A stretch of DNA of 64,000 nucleotides from Coraliomargarita sp. (GCA_965216325.1 OZ244160.1:1536001-1600000); one strand, 5' to 3'; numbered from the stretch's first letter, positions 1-10,579 are shown. Numbers and translations: made by a program. Notes: a model not told the origin generated them from the letters alone.

Positions 1-340
1 GCACGCCATCAAACTCTTTAACGATGAAGCCGAGGTAACCAATCTCATTCTGATTAATTAATGGTTGCTGCCAGGTCTTTATCTCCCCCCAAGAGGTTTC
101 AATCTGATAACCGTCAATCGAGAAGAACTTTCCAGATTCATGTTCGATGGAGCCGGATTTCGTATTGTAGGCCCAACCTCTCAGATCTTTGAAATCGATT
201 GGTTCGATCTTCGAATAGGTTTTCTCGTTGAGTTCATGCAACCAGCCAATCACGGAATTCAAATCTGTACAGCTGCTTTCAAGCGACTGGGCACTTCGCA
301 AAAATAATGCTGCGTAGTCTGGACTGACAGCGTGATACAT
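1..340 (-). CDS. NDP-hexose 2,3-dehydratase family protein (N-terminal part, runs off window)
   Basis: Not in ORF track. Manual translation from ATG at 340: MYHAVSPDYAALFLRSAQ...HESGKFFSIDG...WQQPLINQNEIGYLGFIVKEFDGV, matching the family motifs (H.SG.FFS..G; W.QP.I.Q.E.G.LG..VKEFDGV); co-oriented downstream of rfbA. Confidence 0.8.
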   Translation of the reverse strand, partial: MYHAVSPDYAALFLRSAQSLESSCTDLNSVIGWLHELNEKTYSKIEPIDFKDLRGWAYNTKSGSIEHESGKFFSIDGYQIETSWGEIKTWQQPLINQNEIGYLGFIVKEFDGV

Positions 341-365
341 ATTCGACCCTAAGATGATACGATTC

Positions 366-1238
366 CTAGCCTTGTGAAGATTCGGCAACTCGACGCAAAT
401 ACGCGCCATAACCGGATTTATCTAACTTAGAAGCGATTTGAAGCAACTGCTCTTTATCGATGAACTTTGAAAAATAGGCCACCTCCTCAATGCAGCCGAT
501 CTTGGTATCCTGACGTTCTTCGATCACCCGTACAAACGTGGAGGCTTCATTGAGCGAGGCGAAGGTGCCGGTATCCAACCAAGCCACACCACGATTCAGC
601 ACCCCGACCTTGAGTTTCTGACGCTTGAGATAGACCTGATTGACCGTAGTGATCTCGTACTCGCCACGCGCCGAGGGCTCGATGGTTTCGGCGATCTCGA
701 CCACATCGTTGTCGTAGAAATACAGCCCCGGCACCGCATAGTTGGACTTGGGCTGGGCGGGTTTTTCTTCAATTGAAATCGCGTTCTTCTGCGCGTCGAA
801 CTCCACCACCCCATAGCGCTCGGGGTCGTGTACGGGAGCGGCAAAGATAACAGCACCCTCGGGGTCCGTGTGCTGGCGAAGCAATCGACCGAATCCGGAG
901 CCGTAAAAGATATTATCGCCGAGCACGAGGGCAACCTTGTCGTCGCCGATGAACTCCTTGCCGATGACAAAGGCCTGGGCCAGACCGTTCGGTACTTCCT
1001 GCACGGCATACTCGAAACGGCAGCCGAGCTCGGCACCGTCACCAAGCAGGCGCTGAAAGGCAGGCTGATCTTCGGGCGTGGTGATGATGAGGATCTCGTT
1101 GATCCCTGCCAGCATGAGAACGGACAGCGGATAGTAGATCATCGGCTTGTCGTAGATCGGCATGAGCTGCTTGGAAACAGCCAACGTGATGGGGTGGAGA
1201 CGGGTGCCGGCGCCGCCGGCGAGTATGATACCTTTCAT
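366..1238 (-). CDS. rfbA: glucose-1-phosphate thymidylyltransferase
   Basis: [44 protein letters not shown] motifs; 290 aa. Confidence 0.97.
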   Translation of the reverse strand: MKGIILAGGAGTRLHPITLAVSKQLMPIYDKPMIYYPLSVLMLAGINEILIITTPEDQPAFQRLLGDGAELGCRFEYAVQEVPNGLAQAFVIGKEFIGDDKVALVLGDNIFYGSGFGRLLRQHTDPEGAVIFAAPVHDPERYGVVEFDAQKNAISIEEKPAQPKSNYAVPGLYFYDNDVVEIAETIEPSARGEYEITTVNQVYLKRQKLKVGVLNRGVAWLDTGTFASLNEASTFVRVIEERQDTKIGCIEEVAYFSKFIDKEQLLQIASKLDKSGYGAYLRRVAESSQG

Positions 1239-1306
1239 AAAATTTAAACCGTTAATTTACATAAATTGACGTTAATATTGAGCGCTCTACTCGTAACCTC
1301 AAGGCA

Positions 1307-2512
1307 TCATGATTTGCCAAGTCTTTCGAGCTGGTAATCACCAGAGAGGATACGCTGCCACCAATCTGTATTGTCCAGATACCATTGAACTGTTTTCCGG
1401 AAACCGGACTCGAAATCCTCTTTAGGCTCCCATCCAAGCTCATCGCGGATCTTAGTCGGATCAATCGCGTAGCGCATGTCGTGGCCGGGGCGGTCGGTGA
1501 CGAAGGTGATCAAATCCTGAAAGGATTTGGATGATGGATGACTGCTTGCGGATGACTGATCTGAAGGTGCGGCGCGGGACGCGCCTGCGCTACCTGAAAT
1601 CTCCTCTTCTAGAATTACACAGATTTTCTTAATCAAATCGAGGTTCGTCTGTTCGTTATTGCCACCGATATTGTAGGTTTCTCCAACACGGCCTTTCGCC
1701 AAAACTGTGTAGAGCGCCTCGGCATGATCGGTGACATAGAGCCAGTCACGAATATTTTCCCCCTTCCCGTAGACTGGTATCGGCTCACCTCGTAGGCACT
1801 TTAGGATCACGACGGGTATCAACTTTTCTGGGAACTGATAGGGACCATAATTATTGGAACAATTCGTCACCAACACAGGCAAGCCATAGGTGTCGCCCCA
1901 GGCACGCGCGAGGTGATCGGAAGCCGCTTTCGACGCCGAATAGGGGGAGTGTGGATCGTAAGGCGTGGTTTCGGAGAAGCCGGGAGCCTCCGCATCTAAA
2001 GAGCCGTAAACTTCGTCGGTGGAAACATGCAAAAATCGGAAGGATTTTTGCGAGGGCTGAGACTTGAGACCTGAGACTTGAGTGGGAAGGTGGGAAGGTT
2101 CTAAGGTGGGAAGGTCCGAAGCGTCGTTACGGGCGTGCGGAACGCTCGCCCCTACAGGCAAACTCCTCCAGTATTCGAGGCTGGCTTGGAGAAGGTTATA
2201 AGTGCCGACGACGTTGGTTTGGATGAACTCTCCGGGGCCATCGATTGAGCGGTCGACATGGCTCTCAGCTGCGAGGTGCATGACAGCATCCGGCTGGTGT
2301 TTTTCGAAAACTTCGGCGAGCGCAGTGGCATCGCAGAGATCGACCTGCTCAAAGGTATAATTCGGATGCTCGGCGAGATCGGCGAGCGACTCCACATTAC
2401 CGGCATAGGTCAGCTTATCGAGATTCACGACCTCACATGCTTTATTTTCAATGAGCAGTCGGACGAGATTGGAGCCGATAAATCCGGCTCCGCCTGTTAC
2501 TAATATTTTCAT
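1307..2512 (-). CDS. rfbB: dTDP-glucose 4,6-dehydratase with two in-frame repeat-derived insertions
   Basis: [52 protein letters not shown] motifs. Confidence 0.95.
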   Translation of the reverse strand: MKILVTGGAGFIGSNLVRLLIENKACEVVNLDKLTYAGNVESLADLAEHPNYTFEQVDLCDATALAEVFEKHQPDAVMHLAAESHVDRSIDGPGEFIQTNVVGTYNLLQASLEYWRSLPVGASVPHARNDASDLPTLEPSHLPTQVSGLKSQPSQKSFRFLHVSTDEVYGSLDAEAPGFSETTPYDPHSPYSASKAASDHLARAWGDTYGLPVLVTNCSNNYGPYQFPEKLIPVVILKCLRGEPIPVYGKGENIRDWLYVTDHAEALYTVLAKGRVGETYNIGGNNEQTNLDLIKKICVILEEEISGSAGASRAAPSDQSSASSHPSSKSFQDLITFVTDRPGHDMRYAIDPTKIRDELGWEPKEDFESGFRKTVQWYLDNTDWWQRILSGDYQLERLGKS

Positions 2513-2807
2513 AGTAAAAATCGAAGATTTTTGATTAAAGATTACGGATTAGGGATGACTGATGGTGATTGCGGAGAAAAAGGGGTCATGCCGTATATGT
2601 CTATATTTACTGCGGCGAGGCGAAGAGTGGCACTGCGTGCCGTTAAGTGGGAGAGCCTGCGGCTCGGTTAAGTGGTTGGGTAGTTGAGTGGTTCAGCCGA
2701 TGGCTGAGTTAAGTGGTTGGGGCGTTGGGTGGTTGAGTGGGTGCGCGGCGCGCCCTTTGAGTGCCGCGTAAAAGCGCTTTGCGCCACGCGATCGTGCTCA
2801 CTGCCGG

Positions 2808-3166
2808 TTATATTGGGAGCTTTCGAACACGCGAGCGGTCGGGCTCATAGCTCACGAGCGCTCCAGATTTCAAATCGGACTCAAAGGTTTTAAAACATGC
2901 CAGAACGCTGCGCCCCAAGACGCAAGGGCCAAAATTTGGGACCGGATCTGAAAGACACTAGGGCTATCCAAGTGGGAGGCCGCTAGGATGGTGCCAAAGT
3001 CTAAATCGTTGGTAAGGATCACCGCCGTGCGTTGCTTGGCCCATTCCAGAATCTCAGTATCTGGCGCATCTGGCAGCCCGATCCGAGTCCAGTGCTGAAC
3101 CTCGTAATCCTTATCAAATATCGTCTCCCACTCTGGTGAGAGATTCATGTCGATCACAACTCTCAC
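2808..3166 (-). pseudogene. DUF5615/PIN-like toxin, frameshifted near 2920-2935
   Basis: MRVVIDMNLSP..D.EI..WA...ILTNDLDFG; the expected C-terminus (FESDLKSGALVSYEPDRSRVRKLPI*) continues in another frame to TAA at 2808. Confidence 0.7.
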
Positions 3167-3396
3167 GCAGATAACTCAAAGCTGAGTTCCTCTTCGCTCG
3201 CTCGCCATGCAGCGAAACGCAGACAGGCATCTATTTGCTCTGGGGTGATGTAGGGATACATCTCCAAGAGCCGCTCCCGCGAGGTTCCCGCGCCGAGCTG
3301 CCCGACTACACAGCCAACTGTAACCCGAGTGCCACGGATGCAGGGCTTGCCTCCCATAATAGAGGGGGCTGCGCAAATTTCGGGAAAGTGAATCAT
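3163..3396 (-). CDS. DUF433 family antitoxin
   Basis: PSIMGGKPCIRGTRVTV..YP.IT.EQI.ACL.FA; overlaps the PIN-like partner start; ATG at 3396. Confidence 0.85.
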   Translation of the reverse strand: MIHFPEICAAPSIMGGKPCIRGTRVTVGCVVGQLGAGTSRERLLEMYPYITPEQIDACLRFAAWRASEEELSFELSA

Positions 3397-3629
3397 AGTG
3401 GAAAGTCTGGAGGCCACTGCAATTAGGTCAAATGGAAAGAGCTTGTGAGGCTTCAAAGCGGGTCATGTCGTGAATTTTTCCAGAGGCGCTTCGTGGCGTG
3501 GACGCGAGTTTCGGTGGCGGCTGAGTGATTGGGGCGTTGGGTTGGGTGTGTGCCGCGTAAAGCGCTTTGCGCCACGCGGTTGAAGTTCCGCTACTTTGGA
3601 TAGGATTTAGACAGCGAAATTCCTCGCGA

Positions 3630-4058
3630 CTAGTAACTAATTACCTTCTGAAGCAGTTCAGGAACATGGTTCTGAGCCAAGTCCCACAGCGCGGCATCAT
3701 CGATGATATCATACCCGTGAGCCACCAAGTTCCGAAAGCCAATAATCTTACGATACTCGGGGATTCTTTGGGCGAGTCGTTCAGGATCCAAGCGCTCAAG
3801 GCGAACCAAAGCTTCACCGATAATCTGTTCTCTCATCTGCCCAGTGGGCACCCGACTCGATCCTCTCCTCTCAGGAGAGCTGACCATAAAGGGTCAGCCA
3901 TCTACGTGCATTTGCACTGCGTCAAATTCGCGCTCCAAGGCCAATTGGAGCAAACGATCGCAAAGAAAACTCTCAAAAGTTTTACCATCGACAAACCCGC
4001 TCAGCTCTTGGCAGGCAATCCGTATATCGATCAGTAATTTTTCGACGCTATGCGGCAT
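3630..4058 (-). pseudogene. HepT/DUF86 ribonuclease toxin interrupted by a 96-bp insertion
   Basis: MPHSVEKLLIDI...ALEREF | IIGEAL...FRNLVAHGY (Rx4H); insertion 3826-3921 carries an in-frame TGA. Confidence 0.8.
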
Positions 4059-4350
4059 AAACAAGTTGCTTGGAATGCTGGACTGCACGCTCAAAATAGG
4101 GATTCCGAAACTTGCGGTTGACAATCAAATCAACCGGTCGCTCAAGCAATCCCTCAAGATCGTCCTTCAGTCCCATAAATTGCTCAAAGGCGCCTTGGTA
4201 ATCCACACGTTGGAATTCGACCAAAAAATCAATATCGCTCTCTGCACTGAACCGTTCTGAAACAACAGAGCCGAACACAAAAAGTGACTGCACCAAATGC
4301 TTTTCGCAAAGAGCTTTAATGCCTACCTGATGTTGCTCAATAAGGTTCAT
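4048..4350 (-). CDS. MntA-type minimal nucleotidyltransferase antitoxin
   Basis: VFGS......SDIDFLVEF...L.RPVDL. Confidence 0.88.
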   Translation of the reverse strand: MNLIEQHQVGIKALCEKHLVQSLFVFGSVVSERFSAESDIDFLVEFQRVDYQGAFEQFMGLKDDLEGLLERPVDLIVNRKFRNPYFERAVQHSKQLVYAA

Positions 4351-4925
4351 TACCTATATCATTGTGTTGACCTGTGGGGTCCGTCAAGGGCCCCAAATGG
4401 GGTCATGTCATTAGCTTTGTGGGTGTTCCTGGATGATTCTGCGCAAGAACCTAGGGCTTCAGGGGAACGGCGGGGGTGAAGGGGAACCGTTCATTACGTG
4501 AATGGACGTTAATTCTTGGAGGATGGCGGGAGGCACTCAGTTTTAAGGGTTAAGCGATTAAGTTTTAAGCTGCTATAGGACTGAAGGGGGCTGGAGCGCT
4601 ACGCGGGTGAGGCTCTTAATCGTAATCCTACTCTTAATCTTAATCTCTGTAGCGGAGCTTTTCCAGAAGCCGGAAGACAGAGGTCAGAGGACAGACTATT
4701 TTGCTGGAAGTGGGCTTCTACTTTTGAGCGGCCGTAACGAGTTCCTCGTTCCGCTACGGATCAGACGGCCAACTCAGGCCTCAAGTCTCAAACTCATCCT
4801 TCCAAGTCTATCTTAATCTCTGTGGCGGGGGGGAACCGTTCATTGCGTGAATGGACGTTAATTCTTGGAGACTGGTGGTGCTGAGGGGGGGGGACAAGCG
4901 GAACAGAATTCAGAATGATCGATGC

Positions 4926-5267
4926 TCAACCGCAAGCGATCATCGCACGAACTTGCTCAGCAAGCGGCTGGATATCATGCATAACCGTGCTCCACAGGAT
5001 CCGATAATCGATCACATCATAACCGTGTGCTAAAACGTTGCGCATTCCGATAATTTTGCGCCCATTTTCAATCCGCTCAAAAGCAGCTTCATTAAGCCGC
5101 TCCAATCGCTTAAGCGCTTCTCCTATAATCTCCAATTCACGCTCTACAGCAACCTGCTGCAGGCGACTTTGATTGAATACATCCTCGGTAACGCCATGAA
5201 GGAACGATTCAATTTCTTCAATCGCTGTTAAAATATCGACGCAGAGCTTTTCTTCTTTAGGCGGCAT
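4926..5267 (-). CDS. HepT/DUF86 ribonuclease toxin
   Basis: AVERELEIIGEAL, MRNVLAHGY (Rx4H); ATG at 5267 overlaps the MNT stop. Confidence 0.88.
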   Translation of the reverse strand: MPPKEEKLCVDILTAIEEIESFLHGVTEDVFNQSRLQQVAVERELEIIGEALKRLERLNEAAFERIENGRKIIGMRNVLAHGYDVIDYRILWSTVMHDIQPLAEQVRAMIACG

Positions 5268-5559
5268 ATATTGACTCTTTATGTGCATCCACCTCTCTAC
5301 GGAAGATTGGGTTACGAATCGCGCTATCGCACACCAGATCTACTGGCCGCTTTAGCAAGGCCTCCAAGTCAGTCTTCAACCCCCAATAACAATCGAAAAA
5401 ATTCCGATCAGCTTGCCAATTAAACTCAACGAGAAAATCTGCATCGCTGTCAGGCATCTGTTCACCACGAACAATTGAGCCAAAGGCATACAGTGACTGC
5501 ACCGAGTGTTTTCTGCAGAGAGTTTTGATCTCTAATAGATGCGTGTCGTAAAGTCTCAT
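5257..5559 (-). CDS. MntA-type minimal nucleotidyltransferase antitoxin
   Basis: AFGSIVRGE..PDSDADFLVEF...LKRPVDL. Confidence 0.88.
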   Translation of the reverse strand: MRLYDTHLLEIKTLCRKHSVQSLYAFGSIVRGEQMPDSDADFLVEFNWQADRNFFDCYWGLKTDLEALLKRPVDLVCDSAIRNPIFRREVDAHKESIYAA

Positions 5560-6079
5560 TGTGGACTTAAGATGGCTGAGGAGTTCCTCGGCGTCAAACG
5601 TTGAAAACGTAAGAACTCAAGGGAACGGCGGAGCCGTTGATTGAAAGGTGAACCGTTAATTACGTGAATGGACGTTAATTTTGGGAGGGTGACGGGAGGC
5701 ACTCAGTTTTAAGGGTTAAGCGATTAAGTTTTAAGCTGCTATAGGACTGAAGGGGGCTGGAGCGCTGCGCGGGTGAGGCTCTTAATCGTAATCCTACTCT
5801 TAATCTTAATCTCTGTGGCTCTGGGGGAACCGTTCATTACGTGAATGGACGTTAATTTTTGAGGATGAAGGGACACCTAGTTTTTAGTCATTAGGTATTA
5901 GGGTCTAGGCGCTTAATCCTAATCTCTGAGGGAAGCTGAAATGGCTCCTGGGGGAAAGCGGCGACTTCGACTTGTTCAGTGTAGACTAGAGGCACGCTTC
6001 TACTTTGGCTGGGGCTGTCGAAACGAGTTCCTCGTTCCGCGGGCGGATCAGACGGCAGGCGAATACACGAAGTAGACTC

Positions 6080-6277
6080 CTAAGAAGCTACCGCAAACTC
6101 ACAAGCATTTGGCAACTCAGCATGCTTGGACGCATTGAGAATCTCAAGACCAACGATGTTACCGTCAGCATCATAATCCAAGATGACCCCAGGTCGATTT
6201 TCGTCACTCTCCACGATCGCCCGCTCGCTCAATACGATGCGCAATACATCGACTTCTGTATCGTAATTTACTTTCAT
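6080..6277 (-). CDS. DUF2283 family protein (putative antitoxin)
   Basis: MKVNYD.EVDVLRI...ESDE..PGVILDYDADGNIVGLEILNAS; ATGA overlap with upstream gene. Confidence 0.85.
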   Translation of the reverse strand: MKVNYDTEVDVLRIVLSERAIVESDENRPGVILDYDADGNIVGLEILNASKHAELPNACEFAVAS

Positions 6278-6537
6278 TTCAAATCCTCCCAATACTTAGA
6301 GACTTTACTGGTTTGGTAAGCGGTGACAACCACTTTAGGTTCCTTTGAATCATTGACTATGATCCGTAATAAATAGGTTTCACCGTGATCGTTGTTAAAG
6401 CGCGACTGATAACATTGCAGTCCATCCTTAGCGACCACCACTTGCTCTGGGTCCACCAAGGCAGCTTCTATCAGGGAAATTGATAGCCCACGCCGATCAA
6501 TTTCAGTCTGTGCGTGTTTTGATAAGGTAAAATTCAT
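6274..6537 (-). CDS. DUF4258 family protein (putative RelE-like toxin)
   Basis: LSKHA..EI.RRG.S...YLLRIIV...VVVTAY.TSK..KYW; paired with DUF2283. Confidence 0.8.
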   Translation of the reverse strand: MNFTLSKHAQTEIDRRGLSISLIEAALVDPEQVVVAKDGLQCYQSRFNNDHGETYLLRIIVNDSKEPKVVVTAYQTSKVSKYWEDLK

Positions 6538-6862
6538 TATTGTGGTCCCTGAAATAAAAGGATCGTTTCACGATAACGGCTGGGCAAAGTAAAAAGGGTG
6601 CTTGAGACCAAGCTGCAATTCAATGGGAGAACCTGGAGCCCCCAATGCGGTCACGTCATTACCTTTGTGGGTGTTCATGGATGATTCTGCGCAAGAACCT
6701 AGGGCTTCAGGGGAGACGGCGGGGGTGAAGGGGAACCGTTCATTACGTGAATGGACGTTAATTTTTGGAGGATGGCTTAGGGAAAGCGGAGCTTTTCCAG
6801 AAGCCGGAAGACAGAGGTCAGAGGACAGACTATTTTGCTGGAAGTGCGCTGCGCGTGTTGTG

Positions 6863-7153
6863 TCACAATCGGTTCTGCCAATAAGCCGGTTCGCGGTGGA
6901 GCGATGCGATTGCCAGAATTAAGATTTCGTCGTGCCTGATTTGATAGATGATTCCGTATGGAAACACCTTGGTTCGGCACCTACGGACATTGGCAGAAAG
7001 AAGATTCCATGCTTCTGGATAAGCGACGATTCTTTCCACTGAGTTTCTAATTTCTAATAAAAACCGCAGCCCCAAACCAATTTCTTTTTCTTCGTAGTCG
7101 GCAACCGCCTCATCCAACTCAAGTTCGGCGATGCTTAGAAATCGAACGTTCAC
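6863..7153 (-). CDS. RelE/ParE family toxin
   Basis: A..EL.EA..DYE....GLG..F...RRC....FPYGIIY....ILAIA.L.REP.YW. Confidence 0.88.
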   Translation of the reverse strand: MNVRFLSIAELELDEAVADYEEKEIGLGLRFLLEIRNSVERIVAYPEAWNLLSANVRRCRTKVFPYGIIYQIRHDEILILAIASLHREPAYWQNRL

Positions 7154-7383
7154 TGATTATATTTTCTCTCAAGACGCTCAAAAACGGCAGATGCCTCCAC
7201 CGAGGCGATCCGACCAGCATTATATGCGTTAATACGATCTTCGGATTCTGACGCCCATTTTTCGTCAATCGAAATTTGATGCGGTGCATCCAAGCTAGAG
7301 AGCAGTTTCTCCGCAAGACTGGCACGATCCAAGGCCGAAAGACCGAACACTTGATCTTCAAGTTCTTTAGTTAATGCACTCAT
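7150..7383 (-). CDS. addiction module antitoxin (TIGR02574-like)
   Basis: LS..DRA.LAE.LL.SLD......W..E...R; 4-nt overlap with the ParE-like toxin. Confidence 0.85.
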   Translation of the reverse strand: MSALTKELEDQVFGLSALDRASLAEKLLSSLDAPHQISIDEKWASESEDRINAYNAGRIASVEASAVFERLERKYNQ

Positions 7384-8220
7384 GTCTACAGGATCGGTGA
7401 ATACGTTATTTTGTCAATTCCGACCGGCGCTCAGGTTGGGGGAAGAGCAATTCAAAGCCCCAAATGGGGTCCTGTCATTACCTTTGTGGGTGTTCCTGGA
7501 TGATTCTGCGCAAGAACCTAGGGCTTCAGGGGAGACGGCGGGGGTGAAGTGGAACCGTTAATTACGTGAATGGACGTTAATTTTTGGGAAGGTGGCTCTG
7601 AAGGAAACGGCTGGAAGTGGGCTTCTACTTTGGGCTATGTGGCGGGCGCATCAAGTTGCGCCCCTACGGCTGTGCGGAGTCCTGCTACTTTCGATGAAGG
7701 TCCAAATGGGGTCCTGTCATTACCTTTGTGGTAGTTCATGGATGATTCTGCGCAAGAGCCTAGGGCTTCAGGGGAGACGGCGGGGGTGAAGGGGAACCGT
7801 TAATTACGTGAATGGACGTTAATTTTTGGGAAGGTGGCTCTGAAGGAAACGGCTGGAAGTGGGCTTCTACTTTGGGCTATGTGGCGGGCGCATCAAGTTG
7901 CGCCCCTACGGATGGGTTAAGCAAAGGGGTCCTGCTACTTTCGTGGGCCAAAGGGGTCAAACGCAAAATCTAAAGACAGGCGCTGCGTGCCGAGGAGTCG
8001 TCAAGGAGTTGAGTCGTTCGGCGGAGCCAGGCGGCTACGCCGAGTGGTGAGTTTTGACTGGTGAAGGGTGAAGATTGATGAACGATGGAAGACCACAGAG
8101 TGAAGTGGAGACGGTGTAAGCACCGCACTATAACGACTGCTGCGCTTTACGCATTCGACAAACTTATCGACGCGAGGCTTGAACATCGTCGTAGGTCTAT
8201 AGCCTAAGAGCGGGGAGAGG

Positions 8221-8604
8221 CTATTCCATAATTCGTTGAACTAATTGCTGACCGATCTCTTCTGCAAGCGTGCAATACAATCGAGCGTCGCGTATGCTAA
8301 CCTCGGGAAGATCCCCAGGATAGCGTCCATTTACGGCAAACAAAGTAAGTGTATCACAAAGATTCAATAGACCTTCTATTTCCCGCCCCTCAGACTGTTG
8401 CACAAGTCGATTAAGATCGTGAGTCCTTTCAATGTGTCTCCCGCGAGCAATGATTAGGGCCTTCAATAGCTTCTCCAGCATTTGCTGTAGGTGGAACATG
8501 CATGGCACTGTCAGTTCTTCCCCACTACGGATCAGGAGCTCAGCGACTCTCCAGTCCTCGTCGGCTTTATCCAGCCATTCTTGGATCTCCTCAGAAACCG
8601 CCAT
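8221..8604 (-). CDS. HEPN domain protein
   Basis: WL.KA.ED...A, FHLQQ..EK.LKA, THDL, RYPG. Confidence 0.88.
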   Translation of the reverse strand: MAVSEEIQEWLDKADEDWRVAELLIRSGEELTVPCMFHLQQMLEKLLKALIIARGRHIERTHDLNRLVQQSEGREIEGLLNLCDTLTLFAVNGRYPGDLPEVSIRDARLYCTLAEEIGQQLVQRIME

Positions 8605-8917
8605 AGATAAGTTTCCCCGTGTCAACTACTTCGCGCTCAATTGAACTCTGCCATTGAGAGCGTTTCTTGAAGACGCTTTCGTGATCGACTATAATATCTT
8701 TGGCGACTGGCAGCTTACGAGTCGCTCGATATGCTTTGGTGGTATTGGAGAGCTTGTCGCCGTTACCATCTTCAACCACAACGAGCAGGTCGATGTCGCT
8801 TCCAACTCTTGCAGTCCCCCTCGCACAGGAACCAAACAAATAAATCTGCTTCGGATGGAGAGCTCGAATCAGTTCTTGCACCGCTAAATCGATCGACGAT
8901 TGGATCTCTTTGGTCAT
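8591..8917 (-). CDS. minimal nucleotidyltransferase
   Basis: YLFGS.ARG....SDIDLLVV; start is 8917 or 8929. Confidence 0.87.
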   Translation of the reverse strand: MTKEIQSSIDLAVQELIRALHPKQIYLFGSCARGTARVGSDIDLLVVVEDGNGDKLSNTTKAYRATRKLPVAKDIIVDHESVFKKRSQWQSSIEREVVDTGKLIYGGF

Positions 8918-9316
8918 GTATTGATTCATACTGTGGCGATAGAAAGTGAATGCAAGCTTCGTGAGGAGGGCGGCGGAACCGGACGGCTGCGCCGTTGATT
9001 GAAGGGGGAACCGTTCATTACGTGAATGGACGTTAATTTTTGGAGGATGACGGGAGGCACTCAGTTTTAAGGGTTAAGCGATTAAGTTTTAAGCTGCTAT
9101 AGGACTGAAGGGGGCTGGAGCGCTACGCGGGTGAGGCTCTTAATCGTAATCCTACTCTTAATCGTAATCTCTGTGGCTCTGGGGGAACCGTTCATTACGT
9201 TAATGGACGTTAATTCTTGGGAAGGTGGCTCTGGCTGGGGAAGCGAAGCTTTTCCAGAGGCCGGAAGACAGAGGTCAGAGGACAGACTATTATGCTGGAA
9301 GTGGGCTTCTACTTGC

Positions 9317-10579
9317 TCAGGGCTGGTAGGCGTTCGGGTGACGGGCGTGCGGAACGCTCGCCCCTACGGTTGCGCGGAGGCTGGCTTCAAAGACTTTCCG
9401 CGGTTGCCAGCTGAGTTCGCCACGAAGCTTGGAGGAATCAATCGCGTATCGAAGGTCGTGGCCTGGACGGTCAGACACCAAAGTTATGAGGCCCTCATAA
9501 CATTGGTGAGATGATTGATGATCGATGGTAGATGACTGATCTGAAGGTGCGGCGCGGGACGCGCCTGCGCTACCTGAAATCTCCTCCTCTAGAATTACAC
9601 AGATTTTCTTAATCAAATCTAGATTCGTCTGTTCGTTATTGCCGCCGATATTATAGGTTTCTCCAACACGACCTTTCGTCAAAACAGTGTAGAGTGCTTG
9701 GCAATGATCTTCGACAGCAATCCAATCGCGGATGTTTTCACCGGTGCCATAGACCGGAATCGGTTCCTGCTTGAGGCAACATTGGATGACTTTCGGGATG
9801 AGCTTTTCGGGATGCTGGCCAGCACCGTAGTTGTTGCTGCAACGTGTGATGATCGCCGGCAAGCCATAGGTCGTGTGCCACGACTGGACCAGGTGATCGG
9901 CGGCGGCTTTCGATGCGGCGTAGGGCGAACTCGGATTCAGGGGCGAGTCCTCCGTAAAGGGTGGGTCGCTTGGGCCGAGAGAGCCGTAGACTTCGTCGGT
10001 GGAGACGTGCACAAATCGGAACGATTTTTGCGAGGGCTGAGACTTGAGACCTGAGACTTGAGTGGGAAGGTGGGAAGGTTCTAAGGTGGAAAGGTCCGAA
10101 GCGTCGTTACGGGCGTGCGGAACGCTCGCCCCTACAGGCAAACTCCTCCAATACTCGAGACTCGCTTGCAGAAGATTATACGTGCCGACGACGTTGGTTT
10201 GGATGAACTCTCCGGGGCCATCGATTGAGCGGTCGACGTGGCTCTCAGCGGCGAGGTGGAGCACGGCGTGGGGCTTGAAATGCTGAAAGATCTCACTGAG
10301 TGATTTCTCCGAGAATGGTCGATGAGCGGTGGTCGATGCTTGAGCAGTATGGGTTTGCTCGGTGGCGGGCGCCGCAAGCAACGCCCCTACGTTTGGTTGG
10401 CCGAGATCGATGCGTTCGAACTGGTAGTTTGGGTGGCCTTTGAGGTCTTTAAGCGCCTCTGGATTGGCGGCGTAGGTGAGCTTATCCAAATTCAGGACCT
10501 CACAGCCCTTTTCCTCAATTAACATCCGGACCAAATGCGAGCCGATGAAGCCCGAGCCGCCAGTGACTAAAATACGCAT
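9317..10579 (-). CDS. rfbB: second dTDP-glucose 4,6-dehydratase with three in-frame repeat insertions and a REP-derived C-terminus
   Basis: [38 protein letters not shown]; ends [18 protein letters not shown] read from a REP. Confidence 0.88.
   Translation of the reverse strand: MRILVTGGSGFIGSHLVRMLIEEKGCEVLNLDKLTYAANPEALKDLKGHPNYQFERIDLGQPNVGALLAAPATEQTHTAQASTTAHRPFSEKSLSEIFQHFKPHAVLHLAAESHVDRSIDGPGEFIQTNVVGTYNLLQASLEYWRSLPVGASVPHARNDASDLSTLEPSHLPTQVSGLKSQPSQKSFRFVHVSTDEVYGSLGPSDPPFTEDSPLNPSSPYAASKAAADHLVQSWHTTYGLPAIITRCSNNYGAGQHPEKLIPKVIQCCLKQEPIPVYGTGENIRDWIAVEDHCQALYTVLTKGRVGETYNIGGNNEQTNLDLIKKICVILEEEISGSAGASRAAPSDQSSTIDHQSSHQCYEGLITLVSDRPGHDLRYAIDSSKLRGELSWQPRKVFEASLRATVGASVPHARHPNAYQP

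Noticed and set aside
3888..3896. Selenocysteine readthrough of the UGA in the HepT insertion
   Set aside because: The UGA lies in foreign inserted sequence, not at a conserved Cys position, and no recognisable SECIS is evident
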